64,000 nt of DNA from Reclinomonas americana ATCC 50394 (GCA_048213135.1 PS015148.1:48982-112981), one strand, 5' to 3'; shown: positions 16,210 to 29,600, numbered from the stretch's first letter. The notes: generated from the sequence alone by a model not told the origin. Numbers and translations are program-made.

Positions 16210-17110
16210 GGGTCACAACTACAATAGTGAGGTTTCCGCGCTCTGCACAGGCGGAGAATCGGGAATTTGAGCATTCAGTGATCCCGACAAGCGTGGACGT
16301 CGACAAGGCTGACCAAGGCTGAAAAGAAACGGGGATAAGTTGGAAAGAAGGCAACAAGGAGCGCATGTAAATTTGGAGATGGGCGTGCGTGCAAAGTGAA
16401 GGAGGAGGAGAGAGGGCGAGAGGATGCACAGGAATAGGATGCACAGGATGCACGACAGAGAGAGAGAGTTTCGTGTGTGAAGTTGTGTCACCGAAGATTG
16501 CGGGAATGAGGAGTTGTCTCGCGCTTACCATGTGTGCCTTTGACATCGCAGTTGCAGAAAGAGTGACAACGTGTCGGTGTGCAAGCATTGCGCGTGCACG
16601 GCTTGTGACAAGTCAACGCGACGTTGTGCACAGGACACACTCACACGCGCTCATATCAGTCCATCGTCAAGCACACAACGAGCNNNNNNNNNNNNNNNNN
16701 NNNNNNNNNNNNNNNNNNNNNNNNNNNNNNNNNNNNNNNNNNNNNNNNNNNNNNNNNNNNNNNNNNNNNNNNNNNNNNNNNNNNNNNNNNNNNNNNNNNN
16801 NNNNNNNNNNNNNNNNNNNNNNNNNNNNNNNNNNNNNNNNNNNNNNNNNNNNNNNNNNNNNNNNNNNNNNNNNNNNNNNNNNNNNNNNNNNNNNNNNNNN
16901 NNNNNNNNNNNNNNNNNNNNNNNNNNNNNNNNNNNNNNNNNNNNNNNNNNNNNNNNNNNNNNNNNNNNNNNNNNNNNNNNNNNNNNNNNNNNNNNNNNNN
17001 NNNNNNNNNNNNNNNNNNNNNNNNNNNNNNNNNNNNNNNNNNNNNNNNNNNNNNNNNNNNNNNNNNNNNNNNNNNNNNNNNNNNNNNNNNNNNNNNNNNN
17101 NNNNNNNNNN

Positions 17111-17158
<48 letters not shown>

Positions 17159-17289
17159 ATGGTTGTTGTGAGATGGACCGCAGCGAGGCCTTGAACTCGT
17201 CACATTCACAGTGTCGCCATCATGTGATGGAGGAAAGATTTGGATTCAAGATGTCCACTACGTTCTCATGTCTTGTTTGCGCTGTGCAG

Positions 17290-17694
17290 CAATACGCGGA
17301 TGCGGCACTCATTGCCAAGTGGAAGAAGGTTTGTGTGCTTCCCTGTGCAGCCTTCACTCTCATGTGCTGCATGACTCACTGTCGCTCATTTTGCAGCAAG
17401 GATATGAGAAGCTGTGCTGCTTGAGGTGCGTTTGTGGTCTCTGCGCTCGTCAGTACCACCTGTCTTCCTTTGCACAGCATGTTCTCTTTCCTCTTCTCTT
17501 TTTCTCTCTTCCTCACTGTTTCTTGCACATCCTCTCAGTCTGCTCTCTCGTCCCCCTTCTCTCTCTCTCGTCTTTTTTCTACCTCTCCTTCTCGCCTCTC
17601 CTGCTTCTTCCGTTGCGCATTGTGATCCCTCTCTCCCCCTCAAACCCTCTCTATCCACCTCCGCTTCCGTCTCCTTCTCTCTCCTTCTTCGTCT

Positions 17695-17740
<46 letters not shown>

Positions 17741-18171
17741 AGTCTCAGTCCCTCCCTTTGTCCCTTGTCCCCCTCTTCCCATCGCGGCTTCATCTGTCCC
17801 TCACACCCTCCCTCCTACTCCTCTTCCTCTCTCTGTCCCCATCCCCTCTCCTCTTCTTCCATTTCGTCTTCACCCCTCATTGCGGGTTCCTCTCTGTCTA
17901 CCTCGATCCCTCTCTCTCTACCTCTCTCCTTTCCCTCCCTCTTACTCCCGCGCTAATCACCCTTCCCCTTCCCCCACACTCAGGTGCATCCAACCCTCCG
18001 ACCAGGTTTGTCCTCGCAACCCTAACCCCTTTTCCCCCCTCAGTGCTCACACACTGTGCACAGAATTTCGGCACCACCTGCGTCTGCCGCATTCCAAAGG
18101 CACAGCTCGAGTCCGGCAAGATCATCGAGTGCCTCAACTGCGGCTGCCACGGTTGCGCGTCGTGCGATTAG
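17290..18171 (+). CDS. BUD31: BUD31/G10 splicing factor (3' exons only; 5' part probably in the gap)
   Basis: [41 protein letters not shown]...[16 protein letters not shown] is the BUD31 C-terminal signature. Confidence 0.95.
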
Positions 18172-18293
18172 AAAAACAAGTAGTGTGTGCGCACATTTGT
18201 GTGCGTGACAGAGGGGGAGAGAGAGTGAAAGTGCTGTTCTTTTCCTCTTGGCTTTACATAATATCATTACTTTTTGTTACTTGCTCTACATGT

Positions 18294-20549
18294 TTAGAAC
18301 TTACTTGGACCCCCCATTGCGGCCCCGACGCCCAGGAGAATGGTCACGCCGTAGCCGATGCACACACCCAGCACGAGGTTGGTGATTGCGAAACTGTGGG
18401 ATCTGTGAGTATCGTTGCGCGCCCGCTCTCATGTTCTCCATCGTGCGTACCTCCACACCTTGCTGGCATCCACATTGTCCTTCAGCAACTGCACAAAGTA
18501 ATACGGTTGCGCAATGGGCGCTCGGTTTGACCACTGCTGCGCGATGCTGGTGACGCCGTCGTTGTACATGGCGATATCTTCATCGCTGTGCAGCGGCGAC
18601 GCGGTGAGCTCCGGTCGCCGTGGCAGTGAGAAGAATGACGAAACGCACTTTGCATGGAGGAGACTCGCCGACGCCTCCACCACGGTAGACGATGTGGGAT
18701 GCGTCCACGACTGTTGACACGCAAGGCGCGCCTGTGTGCACGTCTCCTCCGAGCCGGTGGTGTACTGTGCAGTGGATGAGGACGGATTGCAAGCACCTTG
18801 CTTTCACGGCGAACATACCTGCTTGCACACGACGTATGCCTGTTGTGCGAGTGCAGCAAGTCAGAATCAGCAAGCGTGAAGTACCTCGCCCACCCTGGCT
18901 TACACACCGATACTTTGGCGCCTACTTGTGCGTCGCGATCCGACGTGTACAGCGGGGCAACGGCCCTGCGTGAATAGCAGCAAGTGAGCACTAGCAGCAT
19001 GTTGGGCAAGCTTGAATGCTAGCTTGGTTGCCCCAACCAGAATGTGTAGCTGTGCCAACGACAATAAGCAACACTAGGCGAGAAACTCGTTTTCCCCACA
19101 CAACGCCACGCAACAAGGTTGTATCCTCGCTCGTGCCGGTCTCGAGGCACTGTGAGAACGACTGTTCGGCGGCGATGAAGAACCCCGGTTGCAGGTTGAA
19201 CTGGTTTGCCACGTCTATAGAGTGCATTCGGATGCTCAGCTGGACGCATCCACCACCACAGCCACCACCACCACCGCTCACATCTCAACACACCTGCCAG
19301 TCCCAGCTGGCGCACCTGCTCTACGGTTACCGGCGCCCCGTGATCGTACTCACGCCATTGTCGAACCACGGTGTAGTAGCGAAAGTCTATTCACAAATGA
19401 GTGAGTCAAATGTGCAGGCACAGAGAGAGAGAGAGAGAGGCTCTTCCTCCACGCTCAACTGTAACCCACGACGGCACCGACGACGATGAACACAATGCCG
19501 AAACCGGCAAAGAAGACGTACTCCGAGCAGTGAATGGGACGCTGGGGGCCGTTGCCACATAAGCAGCGGTAGCAGAGCCGCACCGTGAGAAACTGGAGGT
19601 AGACAAAGCCGCCTGTGATGCAGTCATCACGGTGTGAGACCACATCGCGTGCGTTATCCTATCCTCTCGCACGACTCACCGACACAGCTGACAAGCACCG
19701 CATTGAGGGTCCCGTTGGTTCTGAGTGGTTTTTCCCCAACAAGTAAGCACACGACTGACAGAGCGAGCTGGTGACATGCAGCACGCAACTTGGCGGCCAG
19801 TGTGAGGCTGAGCGCCAGCAAGCAGAGACTGACGACAAAATACAGCAGCGGCCACAAATAAAGTCGCGCTTGTGAGCCGCACTTTCTTGCACGGCACAGG
19901 CCACGGCGTTTCCGCACAGGCTGCACTCTGTAGTGGTGGGAGGGAGCACGCTGCAGTTCAGAAAGAGAGAGAGAAAGAGGGCAACCAGTGCAGGGTCGAC
20001 GCAACTCGACAGCGACAGGCGGTGGTGCTGTTTTCGTCGGCGAGAAGCTGATGGACAGAAACGACGAGTTAGTTCACCAGCTACGCGAGGTACATCGCTG
20101 TTACTGACGCACATTGGCTTGCCGGCTGTGGGTGGCGGCCTGCGTGCGCAGAGTGAGATGATCCGCACACATGGAAAGTGGTCTTGATTACGATCTCTCG
20201 CAACTGTTTCGTCGGCCTGCAGTGCACAGCAAGTGAGTGAGATGAAGGGGGCGCGAGACTTGGAGCGACGCAACTGTTCCGTGTAAGCTGGCGTCTTCTT
20301 GGCCTCATCCAGACTGTCGCCACACAGTTGTTTGAAAAGATTGCAACACATGTGGGCGAGTGCGCGAGTCACCTGCGCTGCGTCGCCAGGTACGTAGGAG
20401 TGGAGAGCGAGTCCTGACCATGTTGCAGCTCGCCACTGGCATGCAGTGCAACAGTCACCTGCTCGACACGACTGCGCAAGTTGTCCACGGAAAGCATTGG
20501 AGCCAGATCTGCGACGATTTCGTCGACAGTGTGTGCTTGCTGTGCATGC

Positions 20550-20590
<41 letters not shown>

Positions 20591-20765
20591 GTGAGTGGTG
20601 CAGAGTACTATGTGTGAGAGAGACAGGGGGGCACCACGCACCGTGAGACAGTTTTGCAACACAAGCTGTCGGAGCTGTCGTCAAGATATGTCATACAAAC
20701 GGCGAAGGCCGTCGACATGCCACGCGTGCACAGTGATACGCAACAAGCTCGTCGATGTTGACCAT
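18294..20765 (-). CDS. Uncharacterised membrane protein, paralog A: N-terminal helical (wHTH-like) domain, 3 TM, large loop, C-terminal TM
   Basis: About 17 small exons reconstruct MVNIDEL|LRQLVLQNCLT..., LWPLLYFVVSLCLLALSLTLAAK, GGFVYLQFL, VFFAGFGIVFIVVGAVVGY, NQFNLQPGF, YNDGVTSIAQQW, AITNLVLGVCIGYG; colinear homology and shared intron positions with 40962-44783. Confidence 0.75.
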
Positions 20766-21313
20766 GTCTTCTCTCTTCTCTCCAGCGTGTGTGAAAATCG
20801 ATGGTGAAGCAGCAGTCGTTGCGCTGCGGAATTTTGCGCAGCGATGACTTTGACAGCGGACGATTGCAGCGCGTTGTTGTCCTCTCTCTCTTGTCTGCTT
20901 GTTGCGCTGCTGCACTGTAGCGCGCTTATAGCTTCCTCACGCACTCAACACACACACACACACATGCACACACAACATGCACACACATGCACACTGCGCT
21001 TGCATGATGCGTGCGCATGCATATGCGTCATTTACTCTCCTCTGTGATCTGATTGGATTGCCATTGGTTCCCAGCTTGCAGCAGCAGCTGGCACAATGCT
21101 GAGTGGCAACGAATGGCCATGGTCACACTGCGCGCAGAATGGACGCAGCGAACCCGAAAGAATTCGAGACCGTTTTTAAATTTTGCCGCATTGCGATCGA
21201 AACGGTCTTCTCGGAGTGCAGTGATGCCTGACTCGCCCGTCGTAGCACGTTGCTCCACCATTTCGTGGCATTCAGAAGCAGATAAAAACGCTACCGCAAT
21301 GAGTATCACCGGA

Positions 21314-21339
21314 GAGCGCGCGAAATCTGCGCGCGAAAT
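21314..21339. promoter_or_regulatory. Tandem TTTCGCGC (E2F-like) motif upstream of tectonin copy 1, duplicated at 23674-23700
   Basis: gagcgcgcgaaatctgcgcgcgaaat is present upstream of both tectonin copies. Confidence 0.35.
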
Positions 21340-22110
21340 ACAAGGTACGGNNNNNNNNNNNNNNNNNNNNNNNNNNNNNNNNNNNNNNNNNNNNNNNNNN
21401 NNNNNNNNNNNNNNNNNNNNNNNNNNNNNNNNNNNNNNNNNNNNNNNNNNNNNNNNNNNNNNNNNNNNNNNNNNNNNNNNNNNNNNNNNNNNNNNNNNNN
21501 NNNNNNNNNNNNNNNNNNNNNNNNNNNNNNNNNNNNNNNNNNNNNNNNNNNNNNNNNNNNNNNNNNNNNNNNNNNNNNNNNNNNNNNNNNNNNNNNNNNN
21601 NNNNNNNNNNNNNNNNNNNNNNNNNNNNNNNNNNNNNNNNNNNNNNNNNNNNNNNNNNNNNNNNNNNNNNNNNNNNNNNNNNNNNNNNNNNNNNNNNNNN
21701 NNNNNNNNNNNNNNNNNNNNNNNNNNNNNNNNNNNNNNNNNNNNNNNNNNNNNNNNNNNNNNNNNNNNNNNNNNNNNNNNNNNNNNNNNNNNNNNNNNNN
21801 NNNNNNNNNNNNNNNNNNNNNNNNNNNNNNNNNNNNNNNNNNNNNNNNNNNNNNNNNNNNNNNNNNNNNNNNNNNNNNNNNNNNNNNNNNNNNNNNNNNN
21901 NNNNNNNNNNNNNNNNNNNNNNNNNNNNNNNNNNNNNNNNNNNNNNNNNNNNNNNNNNNNNNNNNNNNNNNNNNNNNNNNNNNNNNNNNNNNNNNNNNNN
22001 NNNNNNNNNNNNNNNNNNNNNNNNNNNNNNNNNNNNNNNNNNNNNNNNNNNNNNNNNNNCTCTCTCTCTCTTCTTCGTTCTTCTTCTTCCGTTCCGTCGT
22101 CGTCGTCGTC

Positions 22111-22179
<69 letters not shown>

Positions 22180-22256
22180 ATGATCACTCAATCGCGGTCA
22201 CACTGCCGTCTTTGTCACCCCGATTCACACACTCACCCTCCCTCTCCCGTGCACAG

Positions 22257-23389
22257 CCACTTTGGTGGCCTTGAACAACGCCTACATGACTGGTGTGGCG
22301 GACACCACCTTTGAGCACTCGGTGAGCGACGTGGAGGAGATGCGCGCAGAGCTCGAACTGGACGCTGCCGAGGAAGACTACGGGTGAGTTTCCTCATTCT
22401 CCTCAGATGCTGGACAAGCCCCACTCACCAGCGTCCCTCGCGATCGTGACAGCTTCTACGCCGAGGCTGAAAGCCGCCACGCACGCCGTTGCCGTCATGC
22501 CAAGTGCGACGACGACGACGAGCCGCTGCCTCTTGATTTCCGGTGAGTCTGCAGAGAGATCCTCCCCCGCACAGTCACCTGCTCACATCCCTCATCGCAG
22601 CTGGCAACAGGTCCCTGGCGGTGCCATTGACATCGGCTTGCAGCAGAGGCAACGCAGGACCGCCGCTGCGTGGGTCGTTGGCGTCGATGGAAATCTGTTG
22701 AGTATATGAGTGCATTGCATGTGGTCGACATGAAAGCTGGTGGTGCTGACATACACTTGTCGCTTGCGCGCAGCTACAACTATGTGCACAAATCCGGAAC
22801 ATGGACAGGCTACGACGTCAAGGGCCGCGCGGTGAACATCGCCGTCGCCCCGGACGGCACGCCGTATGCCTCGCTCAACGACAGCAAGCACATCATCATC
22901 TTCGACAAGACAAAGTTGACGTGGAGCGAGCTGCCTGGCATCGACTGGGCCATCGACATTGCCGTCGGCTCCCAGTACATCTGGTATCCACACATGAATG
23001 GCGGCCGCGTGGTGCGCGTCGATCGCAAGACCTTCAAGTTGGAGGTCGATCCCCAGGCCGGCGGCATCATGCGCATCACCGCCGACGCGGACGACAACGT
23101 GTTCGCCATTCGCAATGACAACAGCATCTGGCGCATGGTCAAGTTTGGCCAGTGGCAGCAGATGCCTGGTCTTGGGCTGGACATTGGCGTCGGCTCCAAT
23201 GGCTCGTTGTGGATTGTCGGCATGGACAAGGCATTCTACACGTACGCTCCCGCCGCTGGCGGCTGGATCTGCCTGCCGACGGCGAGAGGCATCCGCGTGT
23301 CGGGTGGACCCGAGGGGGGCCCGTGGCACGTGAACGACAACAAGGAGATCTGGCGCCCGATCTACCCGGCCGACGCAGACGATTACTAA
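22257..23389 (+). CDS. Secreted tectonin (beta-propeller lectin-like) protein, copy 1; first exon in gap
   Basis: Repeats WQQVPGGAIDIG, WSELPGIDWAIDIAVG, WQQMPGLGLDIGVGSNGSLWIVG; near-identical to copy 2. Confidence 0.8.
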
Positions 23390-23803
23390 AACCGAGGCAG
23401 TAAACTTGTCGGGTTTCGTCACTCAGAGAGTGAGGTTGGATTCGTTCACGCTTCGCATGCATTCGTGCTGCCGAATCATGACAACCGCCGAGGTTTATCG
23501 TCCGCTAGCGCCAAAGTATTCCTATATATCTGCTGTTGTTGCAAAAGATCGATGAGATCGTGGTCAAGAAAACACGAAGGCAAAGCGCGCTGAGTTTGGT
23601 TGGGCGAGGGCATGGCGGTGGAGGCGGTGGCGGAGGTGGAGGAGGATGATGAAAGGTAGCGAACGTTTCTCGCCGAGCGCGCGAAATCTGCGCGCGAAAT
23701 CTGTACAAGTACGACCGTTACTTCCCGCCTTCTCTGCGTTCAACTTTATTTCGTCTTTCGTGTGAGAGCAGACTACCTGGTTTTCTCCACTTCGTCATAT
23801 CTT

Positions 23804-24003
23804 ATGAATCGCCTTCTCCTTCTCATCGCCCTCTGTGCTGTGGCCATTGTGGCACTCGTCGGCGTGAACGCCGAGATGGAAACTGACTTCCAACTCGGTG
23901 TGTGGACTCATTTGTGGTTTCGCGCGCTCTCTTTCTCGCTCTTCTTTTCTTTATTTTCCCGCGCGCGCGCGTTCTCTCACTTCCTTTGTGAGTGTGAGAG
24001 TGA

Positions 24004-24039
<36 letters not shown>

Positions 24040-25251
24040 GATCACACTCAATCGCGGTCACACTGCCCTCCTTGTCACCCCGATTCACACACTCACCCTC
24101 CCTCTCCCGTGCACAGCCTCCCTGGCGGCCTTGGGCAACGCCCACATGACTGGTGTGGCGGACACCACCTTCGAGCACACTGTGAGCGACCTGGAGGAGA
24201 TGCGCGCAGAGCTCGAGCTGGACGCTGCCGAGGCAGACTACGGGTGAGTGTGGTTCCCTTTCTTCTCAATTGCCGGACAACTCCCACTCACAGGTTATTT
24301 CCTTCGCAGTTTCTACGCCGAAGCTGAAAGCCGCCACAGACGCCGTTGCCGTCGTGAACAGTGCGAGGACGACGACGAGCCGCTGCCTCTTGATTTCCGG
24401 TGAGTCTGCAGAGAGATCCTCCCCCGCGCAACACCTGCTCACATCCTTCATCGCAGCTGGCAGCAGCTCCCTGGCGGCGCCATTGACATCGGCTTGCAGC
24501 AGAGGCAACGCAGGACCGCCGCTGTGTGGGTCGTTGGCGTCGAAGGCAACATGTTGAGTATACAATCATGAGTGCACTGCATGTGGTCGTCGACATGAAA
24601 AAGGGTGGTGCTGACACGCACTTGTCGCTTGCGCGCAGCTACAACTATGTGCACCAGACCGGATCGTGGACTGGCTATGATGTCAAGGGCCGCGCGGTGA
24701 ACATTGCCGTCGCCCCTTGTGGCACGCCGTACGCCACGCTCAACGACAGCAAGCACATCATCGTCTTCGACAAGAAGAAGCAGACGTGGAGCGAGCTGCC
24801 GGGTGTCGACTGGGCCATCGACATTGCCGTCGGCTCCCAGTACGTCTGGTATCCGCACATGAATGGCGGCCGCGTGGTGCGCGTCGATCGCAAGACCTTC
24901 AAGTTGGAGGTCGATCCCCAGGCCGGTGGCATCATTCGCATCACCGCCGACGCGGACGACAACGTGTTCGCCATTCGCAGTGACAACAGCATCTGGCGTA
25001 TGGTCAAGTTTGGCCAGTGGGAGCAGCTGGTTGGTCTTGGGCTGGACATTGGCGTCGGCTCCAACGGCTCATTGTGGCTTGTCGGCATGGACAAGGCATT
25101 CTACCAGTACGCTCCCGCCATTGGCGGCTGGATCTGCCTGCCGACGGCGAGAGGCATCCGCGTGTCGGGAGGCCCCGAGGGCGGCCCGTGGACCACAAAT
25201 GACGGCAAGCAGATCTGGCGCCCGATCTACCCGCCGAATGCCTCCAGCTGA
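23804..25251 (+). CDS. Secreted tectonin (beta-propeller lectin-like) protein, copy 2
   Basis: Signal peptide MNRLLLLIALCAVAIVALVGVNA, acidic pro-like segment, RHRRRCRR, then about six tectonin-type repeats (W..LPG...DI.VG...W.V); 4 GT-AG introns keep the frame. Confidence 0.82.
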
Positions 25252-25399
25252 AACTGGTGAAGAGTGTGGGAAACCGCGACGCTGCGTTTCAAGAAAATGA
25301 ACGCATGCAAGGAAAACTAACTGCACGCTGCTATACTCTGTTTGTTTCTTCTCCACTTTCGCCGACGTCGGTCAAGTCCTGCATGCACGTGATCTCCGT

Positions 25400-25540
25400 C
25401 TACATACTTGCATCTCCGCCGAGCAGATGAGCACCACTCAAGTACAGCTGGACGAGAGCGGCCGCGACGCCGTGCGCGAAGTCACCGACGTCGACAGTCA
25501 AGTGCATCATCCGCAGTACTTGGTCTTTGAGGTCTGCATC
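25400..25540 (-). CDS. Possible terminal exon of an unidentified gene extending into the gap
   Basis: Acceptor after a CT tract opens DLKDQVLRMMHLTVDVGDFAHGVAAALVQLYLSGAHLLGGDASM*; no family recognised. Confidence 0.3.
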   Translation of the reverse strand, partial: DADLKDQVLRMMHLTVDVGDFAHGVAAALVQLYLSGAHLLGGDASM

Positions 25541-25595
25541 GCAGAGGAAGAGAGAGAGAGAGAGATAGAGATAGTGTGTGTGTGTGAGTGAGTGA

Positions 25596-25628
<33 letters not shown>

Positions 25629-26674
25629 CATGTGTGTGTGAGAGAGAGAGGTTGTCCGTGTAAAGTGCATCGGAGCTCCTCTGCATCTTCGCATTTGCAA
25701 GTTACCCGCATTCACCCCTTACACGCTCTTACACTTGTACAGAACCACGCCTTCCTCCGCAGCCGCGCTCTCCTCTCGCAACGTGGATTCGCCGCAAACA
25801 ACAGCTCATTGCTGGCTGCTGTGCGCCCTCTCCTGCCAGCGCTCAAAGTACGCACACTGCCTCTCTCTCACACACACTCACTGGGACACCCACTCACGCA
25901 CCCCCTGTCTCTATGCGTGTAACCGNNNNNNNNNNNNNNNNNNNNNNNNNNNNNNNNNNNNNNNNNNNNNNNNNNNNNNNNNNNNNNNNNNNNNNNNNNN
26001 NNNNNNNNNNNNNNNNNNNNNNNNNNNNNNNNNNNNNNNNNNNNNNNNNNNNNNNNNNNNNNNNNNNNNNNNNNNNNNNNNNNNNNNNNNNNNNNNNNNN
26101 NNNNNNNNNNNNNNNNNNNNNNNNNNNNNNNNNNNNNNNNNNNNNNNNNNNNNNNNNNNNNNNNNNNNNNNNNNNNNNNNNNNNNNNNNNNNNNNNNNNN
26201 NNNNNNNNNNNNNNNNNNNNNNNNNNNNNNNNNNNNNNNNNNNNNNNNNNNNNNNNNNNNNNNNNNNNNNNNNNNNNNNNNNNNNNNNNNNNNNNNNNNN
26301 NNNNNNNNNNNNNNNNNNNNNNNNNNNNNNNNNNNNNNNNNNNNNNNNNNNNNNNNNNNNNNNNNNNNNNNNNNNNNNNNNNNNNNNNNNNNNNNNNNNN
26401 NNNNNNNNNNNNNNNNNNNNNNNNNNNNNNNNNNNNNNNNNNNNNNNNNNNNNNNNNNNNNNNNNNNNNNNNNNNNNNNNNNNNNNNNNNNNNNNNNNNN
26501 NNNNNNNNNNNNNNNNNNNNNNNNNNNNNNNNNNNNNNNNNNNNNNNNNNNNNNNNNNNNNNNNNNNNNNNNNNNNNNNNNNNNNNNNNNNNNNNNNNNN
26601 NNNNNNNNNNNNNNNNNNNNNNNNNNNNNNNNNNNNNNNNNNNNNNNNNNNNNNNNNNNNNNNNNNNNNNNNNC

Positions 26675-29600
26675 AGTGTCGCTTTGTGATCCTTCGCATG
26701 CAAGTTCTGGAGACACCGCGACTGGTGTTTGTCATGTGGCGCCCGTCGGCCTCTTCCCGCGACGCCTCCACCGAGCTGATTGAGTTTTTCACCAAGCTGG
26801 CCGATGGACATGTGCTGGCGGCCTCGCATCAGGACGAGCTCAATGAGGATGCGCTGCTGGAGGTGCTCAGTCGACCCCCTACTGAGGCGCGGTCGCCCTC
26901 GTCTGCGTCGTCGTCGTTGTCGCCGTCTTCGTTGCTGCCGTGTGCGGTCCCTGAGCGTGCCCTGTCGCCCGTGTCGGCGGCGGTGGCGGCCACGCGCGAG
27001 GAACTGCCGNNNNNNNNNNNNNNNNNNNNCCACCAATGCTGATTACGGAGACAGCCAGTGGCTCGGCGGCGGCGGCTCCGCAGCCGGCGAGCGTGTTTGC
27101 CGACATGGCCACGTCGCCGGCACCTGTGACGCCTGCGGCGCCAAAGCCGCGGGAAAAGTTGCGCGGCAAGACAGGGAAAGAACTGGGAGAGGGGGCAGAC
27201 AACTGACTCTTGTTTCTTTTTCGTCGTCGTGCAGTTCGCTGACCGTCACCGACAACCGCACCGGTCGCACCTACACCATCCCGCTGATCGACGGGCGCTA
27301 CCTGGCCGCCATGTGTCTGAACCAGTTGTCGGACGGTGCTGGCGAGGACGGAGAGGCGCCACCGGTTGTGCTCTTCGATCCGGGCTACATGAACACGGCC
27401 ATTGCGCGCTCCAGCATCTCGTACATTGACGGCGACAAGGGCATTCTGCTGTACCGCGGCTACCGCATCGAAGATTTGGTGGAGCACTGCGATTTCATGG
27501 AGGTGGCGTTCTTGCTGATCTACGGCAAGCTGCCGACGAGGGACGAGCACGCTTCGTGGAGTGATCGGTGTGTGTGTGCGAGAGAGAGAGATGGGAGATC
27601 CGTGTTTCACGATGCTTACACTCCACGTATGTGTGTTGCGCAGTGTCACGCGTCACACGTACCTGCACGAGAATCTCGTGCAGCATTTGAAGACCTTCCG
27701 CTATGATGGTGTGTGTCAACTCAGGCTGAGGGCATTGGGAAGAGACATGCAAATGCTGATTCATGTTGTGCGCAGCTCACCCCATGGGCATGCTCATCAG
27801 CTCACTGTCCGCTCTGTCGACTTTTTACCCCGAGGCCAATCCGGCTTTGCGAGTTGCGTCGCTTCGAATGTCNNNNNNNNNNNNNNNNNNNNNNNNNNNN
27901 NNNNNNNNNNNNNNNNNNNNNNNNNNNNNNNNNNNNNNNNNNNNNNNNNNNNNNNNNNNNNNNNNNNNNNNNNNNNNNNNNNNNNNNNNNNNNNNNNNNN
28001 NNNNNNNNNNNNNNNNNNNNNNNNNNNNNNNNNNNNNNNNNNNNNNNNNNNNNNNNNNNNNNNNNNNNNNNNNNNNNNNNNNNNNNNNNNNNNNNNNNNN
28101 NNNNNNNNNNNNNNNNNNNNNNNNNNNNNNNNNNNNNNNNNNNNNNNNNNNNNNNNNNNNNNNNNNNNNNNNNNNNNNNNNNNNNNNNNNNNNNNNNNNN
28201 NNNNNNNNNNNNNNNNNNNNNNNNNNNNNNNNNNNNNNNNNNNNNNNNNNNNNNNNNNNNNNNNNNNNNNNNNNNNNNNNNNNNNNNNNNNNNNNNNNNN
28301 NNNNNNNNNNNNNNNNNNNNNNNNNNNNNNNNNNNNNNNNNNNNNNNNNNNNNNNNNNNNNNNNNNNNNNNNNNNNNNNNNNNNNNNNNNNNNNNNNNNN
28401 NNNNNNNNNNNNNNNNNNNNNNNNNNNNNNNNNNNNNNNNNNNNNNNNNNNNNNNNNNNNNNNNNNNNNNNNNNNNNNNNNNNNNNNNNNNNNNNNNNNN
28501 NNNNNNNNNNNNNNNNNNNNNNNNNNNNNNNNNNNNNNNNNNNNNNNNNNNNNNNNNNNNNNNNNNNNNNNNNNNNNNNNNNNNNNNNNNNNNNNNNNNN
28601 NNNNNNNNNNNNNNNNNNNNNNNNNNNNNNNNNNNNNNNNNNNNNNNNNNNNNNNNNNNNNNNNNNNNNNNNNNNNNNNNNNNNNNNNNNNNNNNNNNNN
28701 NNNNNNNNNNNNNNNNNNNNNNNNNNNNNNNNNNNNNNNNNNNNNNNNNNNNNNNNNNNNNNNNNNNNNNNNNNNNNNNNNNNNNNNNNNNNNNNNTGTG
28801 TGTGCTGGCGCGTTCTTCTAAACCTCTGTCTTCCGTAGGGCGTTGATATTTACAAGAACCAGACCATCCGCAACAAGCAGTTCTTCCGCTTGCTTGGCAA
28901 GATTATTACGATTGCGGCAGCCACGTTCCGCCATCGCATTGGACGGTTGAGTATTTCTCTCTCTCTCCCTCCCTCCCTCCCTCCCTCCCTCCCTCCCTCC
29001 TTCTCTCCCTTTCTCACTCCCTCCCTTTCTCCCTCCCTTTCTCTTTCCCTCCCTTTCTTCCTCCCTCCCTCCCTTTCTCTCTCTCTCTCTGGAATACTGA
29101 ATGCGCTGTCCCTCACTGCAGGCCGTACAATGAGCCGGCCCCGGGTCTGTCGTACACGGAAAACTTCCTGTACATGCTCGATCGTCTCAACGAAACCAAC
29201 TTCCGTTGCAACCCGACGCTCGTGCGGGCGATTGACGTGCGTGCGGCGTGAACCAAAGCTTGTTATCTCATACTTCATGGCTGCTCACTCGCATGTGACG
29301 AGCAGAAAATCTTCATCTTGCACGCCGATCACGAGATGAACTGCAGCACGGCCGCCATGCGACACGTGTCGTCGTCGGGAGTTGCGTTGCCGACGTTGTG
29401 CTTGTAGATGTTCCTGCATAGCAGCTTGCATGTGGTCTCTCTTCTCTGGCAAGTGCCTTTTGTGGTTGATTCTCTCTCTCTCTCTTTCCTCTCCCTCTCC
29501 CTCCCTCCCTCCCTCCCTTTCGTGTTCTCGCCCAGTTTCCTCCTTTCTCACAACATCCGACACACGCAGGTTGATCCCTACACTGCTGTGGCGTCAGCTG

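Noticed and set aside
19840-19935. Zinc-finger-looking CSLCG...CGRCC in ORF 19659-20684
   Set aside because: Homology with paralog B and splice phases support a different frame (HHYRVQPVRKRRGLC...TM1).
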